The translations under genes were made by a program, and so were the position numbers. DNA of 24,639 bases from an uncultured Candidatus Saccharibacteria bacterium (lineage in GTDB: Bacteria > Patescibacteriota > Minisyncoccia > Phycocordibacterales > Zambryskibacteraceae): contig CAYLKX010000002.1 of assembly GCA_964384735.1 (NCBI GenBank), positions 9,381 through 34,019 of the forward strand, given 5' to 3'. Below, in pieces: positions 7,909-16,719 of the stretch (positions are counted from its first letter, which is position 1; every line of letters begins with the position of its first letter). The notes under the pieces were generated by a model. The model did no database searches. It was given only the letters and a program-made list of their open reading frames with translations, and had not been told where the DNA came from.

Positions 7909-8151
7909 CTAGTGGTCCCAGTGAGGATCATGGATCGCCTGATCTTGGATCTCTTCAGGCAGATCATGGAAGGGGATGATCCCCCTCGTCAGCGGGACCT
8001 TGGGCTTCTTCACCTTGGGTTTCGCCTTCGGCTTGCGCTTCGGCTTGGGAGCCGTCTTAGTCTCGAGCTCCGGCAGATCCTCGTCCGGAAGGGCAAACCG
8101 CTGGTAGACCCGCCGTCCTGGCTGGCTGTAATCAAAACTACGAATGCTCAT
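7909..8151 (-). CDS. Hypothetical Lys/Pro-rich small protein (80 aa)
   Basis: GGGAG SD 7 nt before ATG 8151; downstream hairpin; low-complexity KPKRKPKAKPKVKKPK. Confidence 0.55.
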   Translation of the reverse strand: MSIRSFDYSQPGRRVYQRFALPDEDLPELETKTAPKPKRKPKAKPKVKKPKVPLTRGIIPFHDLPEEIQDQAIHDPHWDH

Positions 8152-8225
8152 GCTAACGCTCCCGCTGGGAAGAAAGAGGTTAACTAGCAACTAGGCCTAA
8201 CCCAAAATTAACACACAATATTAAC

Positions 8226-8678
8226 TTACGCTAGGAGGGCATCCACAACCTCTTTGACCAAAGTGCCATCAACCTTGCCTTTGAGCTCCTTCATGACTGA
8301 GCCGGTGAATTGGCCGGCCTTGTCCTTGGTTGGAGCTTCGCTAGCGATCTTCGCTTTTACAAAAGTTTCAACCTCCTCTCGAGACATCTGAGCCGGGAGG
8401 TATGATTGGAGGACATTGAGCTCAGCTTGCTCGGACTCGGCCAAGTCGGCTCGGCCACCATTGGTAAATTGCTCAATACTATCCTTCCTCTGCTTCACAG
8501 CACGGGTGATGACGGTAAGAGCCTCATCGTCGGAGAGAGCCTCGTCTGGGCGCCTGCCCTTGGCGACAAGCTCGTTGGTAAAGGCGGACATAAGACCACG
8601 GATAACGGTTAACTTAACCTGATCCTTGGCCTTCATAGCGAGGATCATCTCGCCTTTGATATCTGTTTGTAGTGACAT
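8226..8678 (-). CDS. yqeY: GatB/YqeY domain protein
   Basis: AMKAKD, KQRKDSIEQF..GGRADLAE.E..EL.VL..YLP, GKVDG. Confidence 0.9.
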   Translation of the reverse strand: MSLQTDIKGEMILAMKAKDQVKLTVIRGLMSAFTNELVAKGRRPDEALSDDEALTVITRAVKQRKDSIEQFTNGGRADLAESEQAELNVLQSYLPAQMSREEVETFVKAKIASEAPTKDKAGQFTGSVMKELKGKVDGTLVKEVVDALLA

Positions 8679-8747
8679 CCCGTAGTAGAAATTGGCATTA
8701 TTTTTATAAAATGCACCTCCGGTGCGATGCCAATTTTCACTACCGGA
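8676..8747 (-). repeat. ~70-bp inverted-repeat element copy 1, ending at the yqeY ATG
   Basis: Reverse complement nearly identical to 17173-17243; internal ~20-bp terminal inverted repeats. Confidence 0.85.
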
Positions 8748-8765
8748 ACATGTTATAATCCTAGC

Positions 8766-9794
8766 ATGAACTGGTTACTCATCGCCATTTTGGCCCTCAA
8801 TATTTACCTAGTTTACCGCTTAACGCAGAAGAGGCCTGCCGAAGGGGAGTCCGATGGCCTTAAACTCCTCCTCACTCATATAAACGACCTCTCTCACGCT
8901 ATTGATCGCAAGATGAGCGACTCCACCCGCACAATGAGTGAGAGTGTGCACCGACAGTTCACCGAGTCGGCCAAGTTGATCAAGGAGGTGACCCAAGGCC
9001 TCACCAAGCTCGATGAGACCAATAGGCAGGTGGTCTCCTTCGCCGATCAACTCCAAAGCCTCCAAGATATTTTGAAGAATCCAAAACAAAGAGGCGTTTT
9101 GGGCGAATATTACCTTGAGACCTTGCTCAAAAATGTGTTGCCTCCAGGGAGCTTCCAAATGCAGTACGAATTCCCCAACGGAGAGATCGTGGATGCTGTC
9201 ATATTTGTGAAGGATCGCATTGTGCCTATCGACTCCAAGTTCTCACTTGAGAACTACAACCGCATGGCAGGGGAGAGCGACCCGGTGGAGAAGGAGCGCC
9301 TGGCCAAAGTCTTTGAAAATGATTTGAAAATGAGGATCATTGAAACCTCTAAGTATATCCGCCCGCAAGACAAGACGATGGACTTCGCCTTCATGTTTAT
9401 CCCTCACGAAGCTATTTACTACGATCTCGTCTCGGGCACTGTGGGCGCCACGGAGGAGAACTTGATCCAAAGAGCAGCCTCTAAGTATCGCGTGATTGCT
9501 ATCTCACCAACCTCACTCTTCGCCTATCTCCAAACAGTCCTTGAGGGGTTAAAGGGCCTCCAGATAGAAGAGAGTGTGAAGGAGATTATTAAGAACGTTG
9601 GCGCTCTCCAGAAGCACCTTGGGACCTACGAGGAGTACTACACGAAGGTGGGCAACGCCTTGGGCACCGCGGTAAACCAGTATAACCTAGCTGGCAAGGA
9701 GTTTAAAAAGATCGATAAAGACATCCTTAAGATCTCTGGCAAGAGCCTCGAGATCGAGAATCTGACACTGGACAAACCGGCCATAGAGGAGTAG
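8766..9794 (+). CDS. rmuC: DNA recombination protein RmuC family
   Basis: N-terminal TM, LKNPKQRGVLGE, D...PIDSKF, DFAFMFIPHEAIY, SPTSLFAYL. Confidence 0.9.
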   Translation: MNWLLIAILALNIYLVYRLTQKRPAEGESDGLKLLLTHINDLSHAIDRKMSDSTRTMSESVHRQFTESAKLIKEVTQGLTKLDETNRQVVSFADQLQSLQDILKNPKQRGVLGEYYLETLLKNVLPPGSFQMQYEFPNGEIVDAVIFVKDRIVPIDSKFSLENYNRMAGESDPVEKERLAKVFENDLKMRIIETSKYIRPQDKTMDFAFMFIPHEAIYYDLVSGTVGATEENLIQRAASKYRVIAISPTSLFAYLQTVLEGLKGLQIEESVKEIIKNVGALQKHLGTYEEYYTKVGNALGTAVNQYNLAGKEFKKIDKDILKISGKSLEIENLTLDKPAIEE

Positions 9795-9808
9795 AATAGC
9801 AACCCTAT

Positions 9809-10126
9809 ATGGAATATGCAGTTTTCACCACAGGAGGCAAGCAATATCGCGTCAAAACCGGCGATACTATTAAGATTGAGAAGTTAATGGGTGAGCACAA
9901 GGAGGGCTCTACCCTCACCTTCGACGAGGTCCTCATGACTGAGAATGGCAACAGCATTACCCTCGGCAAGCCTTACATCAAGGGCGCTAAGGTTACCGCC
10001 ACCCTCACCAAGATTGGTCGTGCTCAGAAGGTGACCGTTATCAAGTACCAGCCTAAGTCTCGCTATTTTAAGAAGAATGGCCACCGCCAACCTTTCTTTG
10101 AAATCAAGATCGCATCAGTGAAGTAA
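9809..10126 (+). CDS. rplU: 50S ribosomal protein L21
   Basis: YAVFTTGGKQYRV, GKPYIKGAKV, KKNGHRQPF. Confidence 0.97.
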   Translation: MEYAVFTTGGKQYRVKTGDTIKIEKLMGEHKEGSTLTFDEVLMTENGNSITLGKPYIKGAKVTATLTKIGRAQKVTVIKYQPKSRYFKKNGHRQPFFEIKIASVK

Positions 10127-10137
10127 GACTAGGTTTT

Positions 10138-10171
10138 AAGAAAAACCGGCCAAAAATGGTCGGTTTTTCTT
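10138..10171. terminator. Bidirectional intrinsic terminator
   Basis: AAGAAAAACCGGCCA-aaaa-TGGTCGGTTTTTCTT. Confidence 0.8.
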
Positions 10172-10185
10172 TATCTTTTATTCTA

Positions 10186-10214
10186 TTGACTTTATAATCT
10201 AAACATGCTATTAT
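10186..10214 (+). promoter_or_regulatory. sigma70 promoter TTGACT-17-TATTAT
   Basis: Boxes and spacer seen; AGGAGG SD before ATG 10260. Confidence 0.65.
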
Positions 10215-10259
10215 TAAGAGCAGAGTACCTGTCGGGCCTAATGGCCCAGGAGGAGTGTA

Positions 10260-10820
10260 ATGAGCTTTTTAAAGGATTTGCGGGGGGCCTACCCCCGCAT
10301 GCCAATGGGGCAGTTCATCGAGATCGTGACCAAGTATCGCGAAAGCGATGAACTCTTGGCTCGCCTCGATGAGGCGGAACGGCCTGCCGCGGATGCCTTC
10401 GAGGCACATCGGAAGGCCTGGAAGGAATTGCTTCAGCGGGTCTCCGCCTCGGAACAGCACCACCACCTGCATTTCGTGGTGCCCCCCAAGTACGACTTGG
10501 AGCATGTGCAGGCCATCATCATGTATGGCTTCCTCATGCCGGGAAGCGGGGTCTCGTTCATCGGGGCGCACGCGTTGCCGATCAGGCACGTGCACACCAA
10601 CGTCAGGAACAAGTTGGGGCGCTACCGCTTCGACGAGGCCAAGTACCAACTGGCTCTGGAGTTCCTGATCAAGGAAGGAGTCGTGTGCTCGCCGAACAAA
10701 GACGGGCACAAGGACGCCATCTCCCTCAATCAGCGCGCCGGCAAAGAGACTAGCTCTCACGGCGAGCAGATCCTTCGGGTGGCATTGGACTACGCCATCC
10801 AGAAGAAGCTCCGGAAGTAA
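10260..10820 (+). CDS. Hypothetical protein (186 aa)
   Basis: Promoter, SD, ORF and downstream hairpin all present; GC-rich by eye. Confidence 0.75.
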   Translation: MSFLKDLRGAYPRMPMGQFIEIVTKYRESDELLARLDEAERPAADAFEAHRKAWKELLQRVSASEQHHHLHFVVPPKYDLEHVQAIIMYGFLMPGSGVSFIGAHALPIRHVHTNVRNKLGRYRFDEAKYQLALEFLIKEGVVCSPNKDGHKDAISLNQRAGKETSSHGEQILRVALDYAIQKKLRK

Positions 10821-10838
10821 CCCGCCGGAGAAGCATCG

Positions 10839-10869
10839 AGGCCCGGTTCGACGACGTCGAACCGGGCCT
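10839..10869. terminator. Perfect 14-bp GC hairpin between convergent genes
   Basis: AGGCCCGGTTCGAC-gac-GTCGAACCGGGCCT. Confidence 0.65.
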
Positions 10870-10872
10870 TTC

Positions 10873-11481
10873 TTATTTCGTCCTATTACGGAGAGCGTTC
10901 TTCAGGGTCTCTGGGTCAGCGTACTCAAGCTCAGCGCCGTTTGAGAGGCCTCGCCCAAGGAGAGAGAAGGTGACTGGCAAATCTTTAAAATAACCCTTAA
11001 TAAAATCAGCTGTATGCTCACCATCCATATTTACATTCATGGCCAAAATAACTTCCTTCAACCCCGCCTTCGCACCCTCCTCCAATCTAGAAGCCAGAAG
11101 TTGTAAGCGAATCCGCCTCTCCGGCTCTTTGTCCAAAATTGGGACCACACCACCAAGCACAAAGTAGTGGCCCTCGTAACTACCACTCTTTTCCACCACC
11201 TCCAGGTCGACATCGCGAGGCACCACCATGAGGAGTGAGTTGTCGCGAGTCTCGTCTAAGCAAATCTTACAAGTATTAGCTGGCGAACCATTCTTTACAA
11301 AGTATCTCTGGCACTTGTCGCACTGGTGAATGCCTCGCTTCAACTCCTCAATCGCTCGCACTAAGTCATCTGAGTAAGAGCCGTTACGTGAGAGGATGTA
11401 GTAGACGAAGCGCCTAGCTTGGCGAGGGCCGATCCCTGGCAAACTCTTAAACAATTCCGTTAATTTATCGATCGAATTCAT
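10873..11481 (-). CDS. recR: Recombination mediator RecR
   Basis: LPGIGPRQARR HhH, C4 zinc finger (CDKC...CKIC), TOPRIM YFVLGG, G.ELEYAD..TL..AL. Confidence 0.95.
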   Translation of the reverse strand: MNSIDKLTELFKSLPGIGPRQARRFVYYILSRNGSYSDDLVRAIEELKRGIHQCDKCQRYFVKNGSPANTCKICLDETRDNSLLMVVPRDVDLEVVEKSGSYEGHYFVLGGVVPILDKEPERRIRLQLLASRLEEGAKAGLKEVILAMNVNMDGEHTADFIKGYFKDLPVTFSLLGRGLSNGAELEYADPETLKNALRNRTK

Positions 11482-11545
11482 CCCGTACGAAATTTACGAT
11501 TAATTAAACCTTGAGATGGAATATTCATTTTATTTCGTACGGGAT
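11480..11545. repeat. Element with perfect 14-bp terminal inverted repeats ending in the recR start codon
   Basis: ATCCCGTACGAAAT (11480-11493) ... ATTTCGTACGGGAT (11532-11545). Confidence 0.8.
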
Positions 11546-11556
11546 TCATTTAGGAC

Positions 11557-12981
11557 CTAAAAGCTATTAAAATCCTCCTCAATCTTGCCGTAGTTAGAAT
11601 AGTCTATCTCAGCAAAGGTGTTGAAGCGAGAGTGGTAGTCGATCTGGACGTTACCCAAAGGACCGTTCCTATGCTTGGCCACAATGAGCTCCTTCCTCTG
11701 CACCTCCTTAATCTTGCCAGACTCATCACGAATATCCTCCTCATTTTGGTGGATAAACATCACCAAGTCGGCGTCTTGCTCAATAGAACCTGAGTCGCGG
11801 AGGTCAGAGAGCTTAGGCTTACCACCACGTTGCTCAATGTTACGTGAGAGCTGAGAGAGAGCAATGACAGGGATATTGAGCTCACGAGCCAAGTGCTTAA
11901 GGCCACGAGAGATCTCGGTCACTTGCTGAACAGTGGAGTCTGAGGCGCGAGCTTGAGAGGGGGCCATGAGTTGAAGGTAGTCCACAATGAGGAGTTTGAG
12001 CCCCTTCTCAATCTTGAGCTTGCGAGCAGCAGAGCGCATCTTCATGATCGTGTTGCCTGGCTGATCGTCGATATAAATAGGCGCTCTCGAGAGATCATCG
12101 AGGGCATCACGAATATTTTTAAACACATCGTCACGCCAAGTCCCACTCTGGGTGCGCACACCCTTGCGGATCACTGAGGCATCTGTCTTAGACTGAGCGG
12201 CGACGATACGATCCACGAGCTGATCGGCACTCATTTCAAGGGAGAAGATGCCCACCGGGATCTGATGCTCTGAGGCAATGCGTCGAGCAATATCGAGAGC
12301 GAAAGCCGTCTTACCCACAGATGGGCGAGCAGCAAGGATAATGAGGTCAGACTTTTGGAACCCGCCTAAAATATCGTCGAGTGACTTGAAGCCAGTTGGC
12401 ACACCACGGAGCTCGTGCTCAGCACTAGAAAGTTTTTCAAACCTCTCAAAAGCATCATGAAGGAGGGGCACAATGTCTTGGAAGCGTGAGGTACCGGAGA
12501 AGCGCTCGGTGATGTCGAAGACCTTCTTCTCCGCCTGGTCGAGGATCTCCTCAAGCTCTCCAGCCTCGTTGAAGCCGAGGTGAGAGAGATGCTCAGAGGC
12601 CTCAATGAGCTGACGCATCATATACTTCTTCATCACGATCTCCGCGTAGTGCTTGATATTGGCTGAGGAAGGCACTGAGCTAGAAAGCTCGGTGAGGAGA
12701 GCCACGCCACCAACCTTGTCCAAAATTTCACGCTCTTTCAAACGAGTGGAGAGGGAGAGGAGGTCGATAGGCTGATGCTTGCCGAAGAGGTCAAGCATCG
12801 TTTCGAAGATCATGCGATGCTTCTCAAAATAGAATGACTGCGTATTGACGATGTCCAAGATTTCGTAAATTGCATCTGGGCGAAGCATTACTGAGCCAAG
12901 GAGAGCCATCTCGGCCTCCAGAGAGTGAGGAGGGATACGAAGTCCCGCATTGGTGAGTGATGATGCGCCAGAAATTTGCAT
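11557..12981 (-). CDS. dnaB: Replicative DNA helicase DnaB
   Basis: PPHSLEAE, AARPSVGKT (Walker A), VDYLQLM, LSQLSR, LSDLRDSGSIEQDAD, AKHRNGP. Confidence 0.96.
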   Translation of the reverse strand: MQISGASSLTNAGLRIPPHSLEAEMALLGSVMLRPDAIYEILDIVNTQSFYFEKHRMIFETMLDLFGKHQPIDLLSLSTRLKEREILDKVGGVALLTELSSSVPSSANIKHYAEIVMKKYMMRQLIEASEHLSHLGFNEAGELEEILDQAEKKVFDITERFSGTSRFQDIVPLLHDAFERFEKLSSAEHELRGVPTGFKSLDDILGGFQKSDLIILAARPSVGKTAFALDIARRIASEHQIPVGIFSLEMSADQLVDRIVAAQSKTDASVIRKGVRTQSGTWRDDVFKNIRDALDDLSRAPIYIDDQPGNTIMKMRSAARKLKIEKGLKLLIVDYLQLMAPSQARASDSTVQQVTEISRGLKHLARELNIPVIALSQLSRNIEQRGGKPKLSDLRDSGSIEQDADLVMFIHQNEEDIRDESGKIKEVQRKELIVAKHRNGPLGNVQIDYHSRFNTFAEIDYSNYGKIEEDFNSF

Positions 12982-12985
12982 AACA

Positions 12986-13019
12986 CGAATTATAACGAAT
13001 CTGGCCGAATGGCACGAAT
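12986..13019 (-). repeat. 4x ATTCG (sense strand) at ~10-bp period across the dnaB promoter
   Basis: CGAAT on + at 12986, 12996, 13006, 13015; TATAAT on - at 12989-12994, 7 nt from the ATG. Confidence 0.8.
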
Positions 13020-13073
13020 GAAGAAAATGGCGAAATGGGGGAGAGTGGGTGGAAAAGGTGGGGAAAAGATCAT

Positions 13074-13102
13074 TTGACACAATTGGAATCCAAACATATA
13101 GT
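13074..13102 (+). promoter_or_regulatory. sigma70 promoter TTGACA-17-TATAGT
   Basis: Near-consensus; AAGGAG SD precedes ATG 13137. Confidence 0.7.
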
Positions 13103-13136
13103 ATCCGAGCAGTACCTCACACAAAGGAGCACGCCT

Positions 13137-13328
13137 ATGGAAAAGCGTCACCAGGAAGTGAGTCAGGATGATCAGTTGATCGCCACGATGGTGGCCGACC
13201 TCAGGTTGGTCCACCCCCGTGGCCTGAACGGCAAGGACCTCGACAAGATGGTCAACTCGAACTTCGGTTCGAGCCCGCCCAACGGAATCCGCGAACTGCT
13301 GATGATCCGGCTCTGCCAGACGCATTAG
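13137..13328 (+). CDS. Hypothetical small protein (63 aa)
   Basis: Promoter, SD and downstream 13-bp hairpin frame the ORF. Confidence 0.6.
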   Translation: MEKRHQEVSQDDQLIATMVADLRLVHPRGLNGKDLDKMVNSNFGSSPPNGIRELLMIRLCQTH

Positions 13329-13347
13329 CGCCTACATGGCGCCAAAC

Positions 13348-13376
13348 GGCCCACCACGACACTGTCGTGGTGGGCC
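13348..13376. terminator. Perfect 13-bp GC hairpin
   Basis: GGCCCACCACGAC-act-GTCGTGGTGGGCC. Confidence 0.65.
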
Positions 13377-13402
13377 AAATCTTTTATAAAACTCGAGAAT
13401 TT

Positions 13403-14611
13403 TTATAACCCCAAACCGAGAACTTTATCAAAGTCGAAGAGAGTGGCCTTCTTGTCCTCTGGAGACACTTCCTTATCTTTTACCAAAGTCCAAACCACCG
13501 CGAGAGCTTGAGCTGTATTCAAATCATTTTCCAGCTTAGCCATAAATTGCTCCTTATAATCTTCATTAACCTCACCTTGTGTGTCAAAGGGCACCTTTGA
13601 CACGAAATTCTTAAGCTTAGAAAGCGCGCTCTGGGCAGCCCCAAGCGCCTCGTAGGTGAAATTGATCGGCGACTTGTAATGCGTCATGAGTAAGAGGTAG
13701 CGGTAGTCTAGTGGGGTAAAGCCCTCTGCTACTAAAGTGTCCAGATTCACCCCAGAACCCTCACTCTTGGCCATCTTGCCATCATTGAGACGCACAAATT
13801 CGTTGTGGAGCCAGAAGTTGGCAAGCTTAGTGCCAAAGGCTGCCTCAGACTGAGCGATCTCGTTATTGTGGTGCACAGGAATATGGTCAATGCCACCAGT
13901 ATGAATATCAAATGGTTGCCCAAGGAGAGAGCGACTCATGGCCGAGCACTCAATATGCCAACCAGGGAAGCCTTTGCCCCAAGGAGATTCGAACCCCAAC
14001 TTGTCGTTACTTGATAGCTTCCAAAGGACAAAGTCCCGGGGGCTCCTCTTGCCACTAGCATCCACTCGACTCTCTATATCACGCAGGGGAGTGAGCCCGC
14101 CCAAAGCACCGTAGGTTGCCAATTTGCTTGTATCAAAATAAATTCCATCAGCCAACTGGTAAGCGTAGCCATTGGCCTCAATCTGTTTGATCAACTCGAT
14201 CTCTTGAGCCAAGTACTCAGTGGCCCGAGGCAAGTGGCTCGGCATCTTAATGTTCAAGGCCTCTAAGTCGTCGACAAAAGCGCCAGTATACTTATCTGCC
14301 AGAGTTTTGAGCCCTTCGAGAGTGAGTGGTAAACCCTCGCGCTTAAGACCCTTCACCATCTTGTCGTCACCAGTATCAGCATCAGAAGTGAGGTGGCCCA
14401 CATCGGTAATATTGATTACTTGCTCCACCTCATAACCAACATATTCCAAAGTTCGACGCAAAATGTCGGCAAAGACATAGGCGCGCAAGTTGCCAATATG
14501 AGCTCGATCATAAACAGTCGGACCACAGTGATACATCTTGACGAGCCCAGACTCAATCGGCTTAAATTCCTCTAATTGCCCACCGAGAGTATTATGAAGT
14601 TTCAATACCAT
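13403..14611 (-). CDS. cysS: Cysteinyl-tRNA synthetase, C-terminally short (402 aa)
   Basis: CGPTVYDRAHIGNLR, GFPGWHIECSAM, DIHTGGIDH, HHNNEIAQSE, KMAKS. Confidence 0.95.
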   Translation of the reverse strand: MVLKLHNTLGGQLEEFKPIESGLVKMYHCGPTVYDRAHIGNLRAYVFADILRRTLEYVGYEVEQVINITDVGHLTSDADTGDDKMVKGLKREGLPLTLEGLKTLADKYTGAFVDDLEALNIKMPSHLPRATEYLAQEIELIKQIEANGYAYQLADGIYFDTSKLATYGALGGLTPLRDIESRVDASGKRSPRDFVLWKLSSNDKLGFESPWGKGFPGWHIECSAMSRSLLGQPFDIHTGGIDHIPVHHNNEIAQSEAAFGTKLANFWLHNEFVRLNDGKMAKSEGSGVNLDTLVAEGFTPLDYRYLLLMTHYKSPINFTYEALGAAQSALSKLKNFVSKVPFDTQGEVNEDYKEQFMAKLENDLNTAQALAVVWTLVKDKEVSPEDKKATLFDFDKVLGLGL

Positions 14612-14629
14612 GATGATATAATCTCACCT

Positions 14630-15847
14630 ATGGAAATTCTCCGCAAACACTCTGGCTTCATTGCTCTCTGCATTGTCCTTAGCTTCGGCTTCTACAACTT
14701 GGGAGTGAAGAACGCTTACAAATCGCCTCAAGTGCCAACCTCAGAGCTCATTGGGCAAACAGAGGGCAAGCCAAGCAACATCGACTTCGCCCCCTTCTGG
14801 CGAGCTTGGAACTTTATTAATGAAAAGTATGTTGCCGCCTCCACCACCAAGAAGCAGGTGACGGATCAGGAGAAGGTTTATGGTGCGATTAGTGGACTCA
14901 CCAACTCCTTGGGTGATCCTTACACAGTCTTCTTCCCCCCAGTAGAATCTGAGATGTTTGCCGCTGATGTGCGAGGTAACTTCGAGGGTGTGGGCATGGA
15001 GGTCTTGGCCAAAGACGGTGTGATCAACGTCGTCTCTCCGCTCAAAAACTCTCCAGCTGAGCGAGCGGGTATGCGTGCTGGCGACAAAGTGATCAAGATC
15101 AATGATAAGGTCACGAGTGGTATGGCCACTGAGGATGCGGTGAAGCTGATCCGTGGCCCAAAGGGGACCAAGGTCACTCTCACCGTGTCTCGCACTGGGG
15201 TCAAGGAGCCTCTCGAGATCTCTATCATCCGCGACACAATCGACTTACCAGTCATCAATACCGAGACCTTGCCAGGAGGCATCTTTAAAATTAGTTTGTA
15301 CAGCTTCACCGCCACCTCACCAAACCTCTTTAGAGGAGCCTTGCGCGAATTTGTAAGCTCCAACAATGACAAGCTCCTCATCGACCTCCGTGGCAACCCT
15401 GGTGGCTACCTCGAAGCAGCTATCGACATCGCCAGCTGGTTCCTCCCAGCCAACAAAGTGGTGGTGCGCGAGAGCTTCAGTAAGAGTGATGAGAGAGTTT
15501 ATAGGAGTCGTGGTTACAACATCTTCAGCGACAAGCTCAAGGTGGTGATCTTGGTCGACAAAGGTTCGGCCTCCGCTTCAGAAATTTTGGCCGGAGCTCT
15601 CAAGGAGCACGGGATTGCTAAGTTGGTAGGGGAGAGAACTTTCGGCAAAGGCTCTGTGCAGGAATTAATCAACCTAACTGAGGACACCACTCTCAAGATC
15701 ACTGTCGCTCGTTGGCTCACACCAAATGGCAATTCAATCTCTGACACTGGAGTATCTCCAGACTATGCTGTAAGCCTAACTCAAGAAGACCGCTCCAAAG
15801 GTGTGGACCCTCAGCTCCAAAAAGCTCTCGAAATTTTGAATCAATAA
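14630..15847 (+). CDS. ctpA: S41 family C-terminal processing protease with PDZ domain
   Basis: LGDPYT, FEGVG, PDZ SPAERAG, DLRGNPGG, SASASE, GERTFGKGSVQ. Confidence 0.9.
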   Translation: MEILRKHSGFIALCIVLSFGFYNLGVKNAYKSPQVPTSELIGQTEGKPSNIDFAPFWRAWNFINEKYVAASTTKKQVTDQEKVYGAISGLTNSLGDPYTVFFPPVESEMFAADVRGNFEGVGMEVLAKDGVINVVSPLKNSPAERAGMRAGDKVIKINDKVTSGMATEDAVKLIRGPKGTKVTLTVSRTGVKEPLEISIIRDTIDLPVINTETLPGGIFKISLYSFTATSPNLFRGALREFVSSNNDKLLIDLRGNPGGYLEAAIDIASWFLPANKVVVRESFSKSDERVYRSRGYNIFSDKLKVVILVDKGSASASEILAGALKEHGIAKLVGERTFGKGSVQELINLTEDTTLKITVARWLTPNGNSISDTGVSPDYAVSLTQEDRSKGVDPQLQKALEILNQ

Positions 15848-15854
15848 AATAGAA

Positions 15855-15881
15855 ATGCGCCGGTAACCAGTACCGACGCAT
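15855..15881. terminator. Hairpin between convergent genes
   Basis: ATGCGCCGGTA-accag-TACCGACGCAT. Confidence 0.55.
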
Positions 15882-16249
15882 CATGTGGCGTGCTTCCTTC
15901 GGAAGGGGAGGATTTTGGCTTGGGCCTGGCCAAGTCGAGTGATCTGGATCATTTCCTTTCCGCCTCCACCAGACTGTCTCCGAAACACGACTGCGAAATG
16001 GCAATTGAAGCGTTCATCTTGAACTTCAAATGCCTCTCTCAAACCTTTCATAAATAATGAGAAGGTGGCCCAATCTTCTTGGCTCTTAGGGCACAATTCC
16101 TCTGAGATCACCCAGAGAACGTGCTTACCCCCACTACTCAAGTGTTCCAGCGACTCAGCCACCACTGAGGTGAGATGCAGTGGGCTAGTGTAGCCAACCA
16201 AAGTTCGATAGACAGGATCTACGTTGGTTCTGAAACTCAGGAACCCCAT
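15881..16249 (-). CDS. Hypothetical protein (122 aa)
   Basis: GGAGG SD before ATG 16249; own promoter at 16279-16307. Confidence 0.6.
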   Translation of the reverse strand: MGFLSFRTNVDPVYRTLVGYTSPLHLTSVVAESLEHLSSGGKHVLWVISEELCPKSQEDWATFSLFMKGLREAFEVQDERFNCHFAVVFRRQSGGGGKEMIQITRLGQAQAKILPFRRKHAT

Positions 16250-16278
16250 TAGCCCTCCAAGGCAAAATTCCATAAAAC

Positions 16279-16307
16279 AAAATACATTTAAATTGAATAC
16301 GTGTCAA
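16279..16307 (-). promoter_or_regulatory. sigma70 promoter TTGACA-17-TATTTT
   Basis: Seen on the minus strand. Confidence 0.55.
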
Positions 16308-16312
16308 ATAGA

Positions 16313-16341
16313 AATCGGCCGAGCGTGTCGCTCGGCCGATT
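16313..16341 (-). terminator. Perfect 13-bp hairpin with 3-nt loop
   Basis: AATCGGCCGAGCG-tgt-CGCTCGGCCGATT. Confidence 0.65.
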
Positions 16342-16359
16342 CAAGAAAGAACACCAACT

Positions 16360-16704
16360 CTAAGCTCGAGGCTCGGGCTCCGCTCTGGCCAAGGTCAAAG
16401 CTTGCCGAACTCTCAGGAACTGAGTTGAGTTGAGAGAGAGCCAAGCGTCGTCACCTTCACAGCGATAGACCTGTGAGATGTCGGAGTAAAACTTGCTCTC
16501 CTCGACGATCTTCTGCACCCTGGTGAGCTCGCGCACAGCCGAGTCCAGATCGCTGAAGCCCCTCTTGAGCTCAACCAGAACCCACGATCCGCTACTCCCA
16601 GCACCACCTTGACTCAACTCCACCAACCCGCCAAGGATTGAGTTGAGGTGCAAGATCGCCGTCTGGGAATCGGACATTACTTTCAAACCGAATCTTACTC
16701 TCAT
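16360..16704 (-). CDS. Hypothetical protein (114 aa), distant paralog of 16720-17088
   Basis: AGGAGG SD; motifs shared with the neighbouring ORF. Confidence 0.7.
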   Translation of the reverse strand: MRVRFGLKVMSDSQTAILHLNSILGGLVELSQGGAGSSGSWVLVELKRGFSDLDSAVRELTRVQKIVEESKFYSDISQVYRCEGDDAWLSLNSTQFLRVRQALTLARAEPEPRA

Positions 16705-16719
16705 GGGCCCTCCTGGGTC

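Noticed and set aside
13028-13063. G-rich TGGG/GTGG tracts near dnaB (and C-rich tracts at 20450-20545) as MraZ boxes
   Set aside because: Only one 10-bp spacing; the others are irregular, so they cannot be separated from purine-rich background
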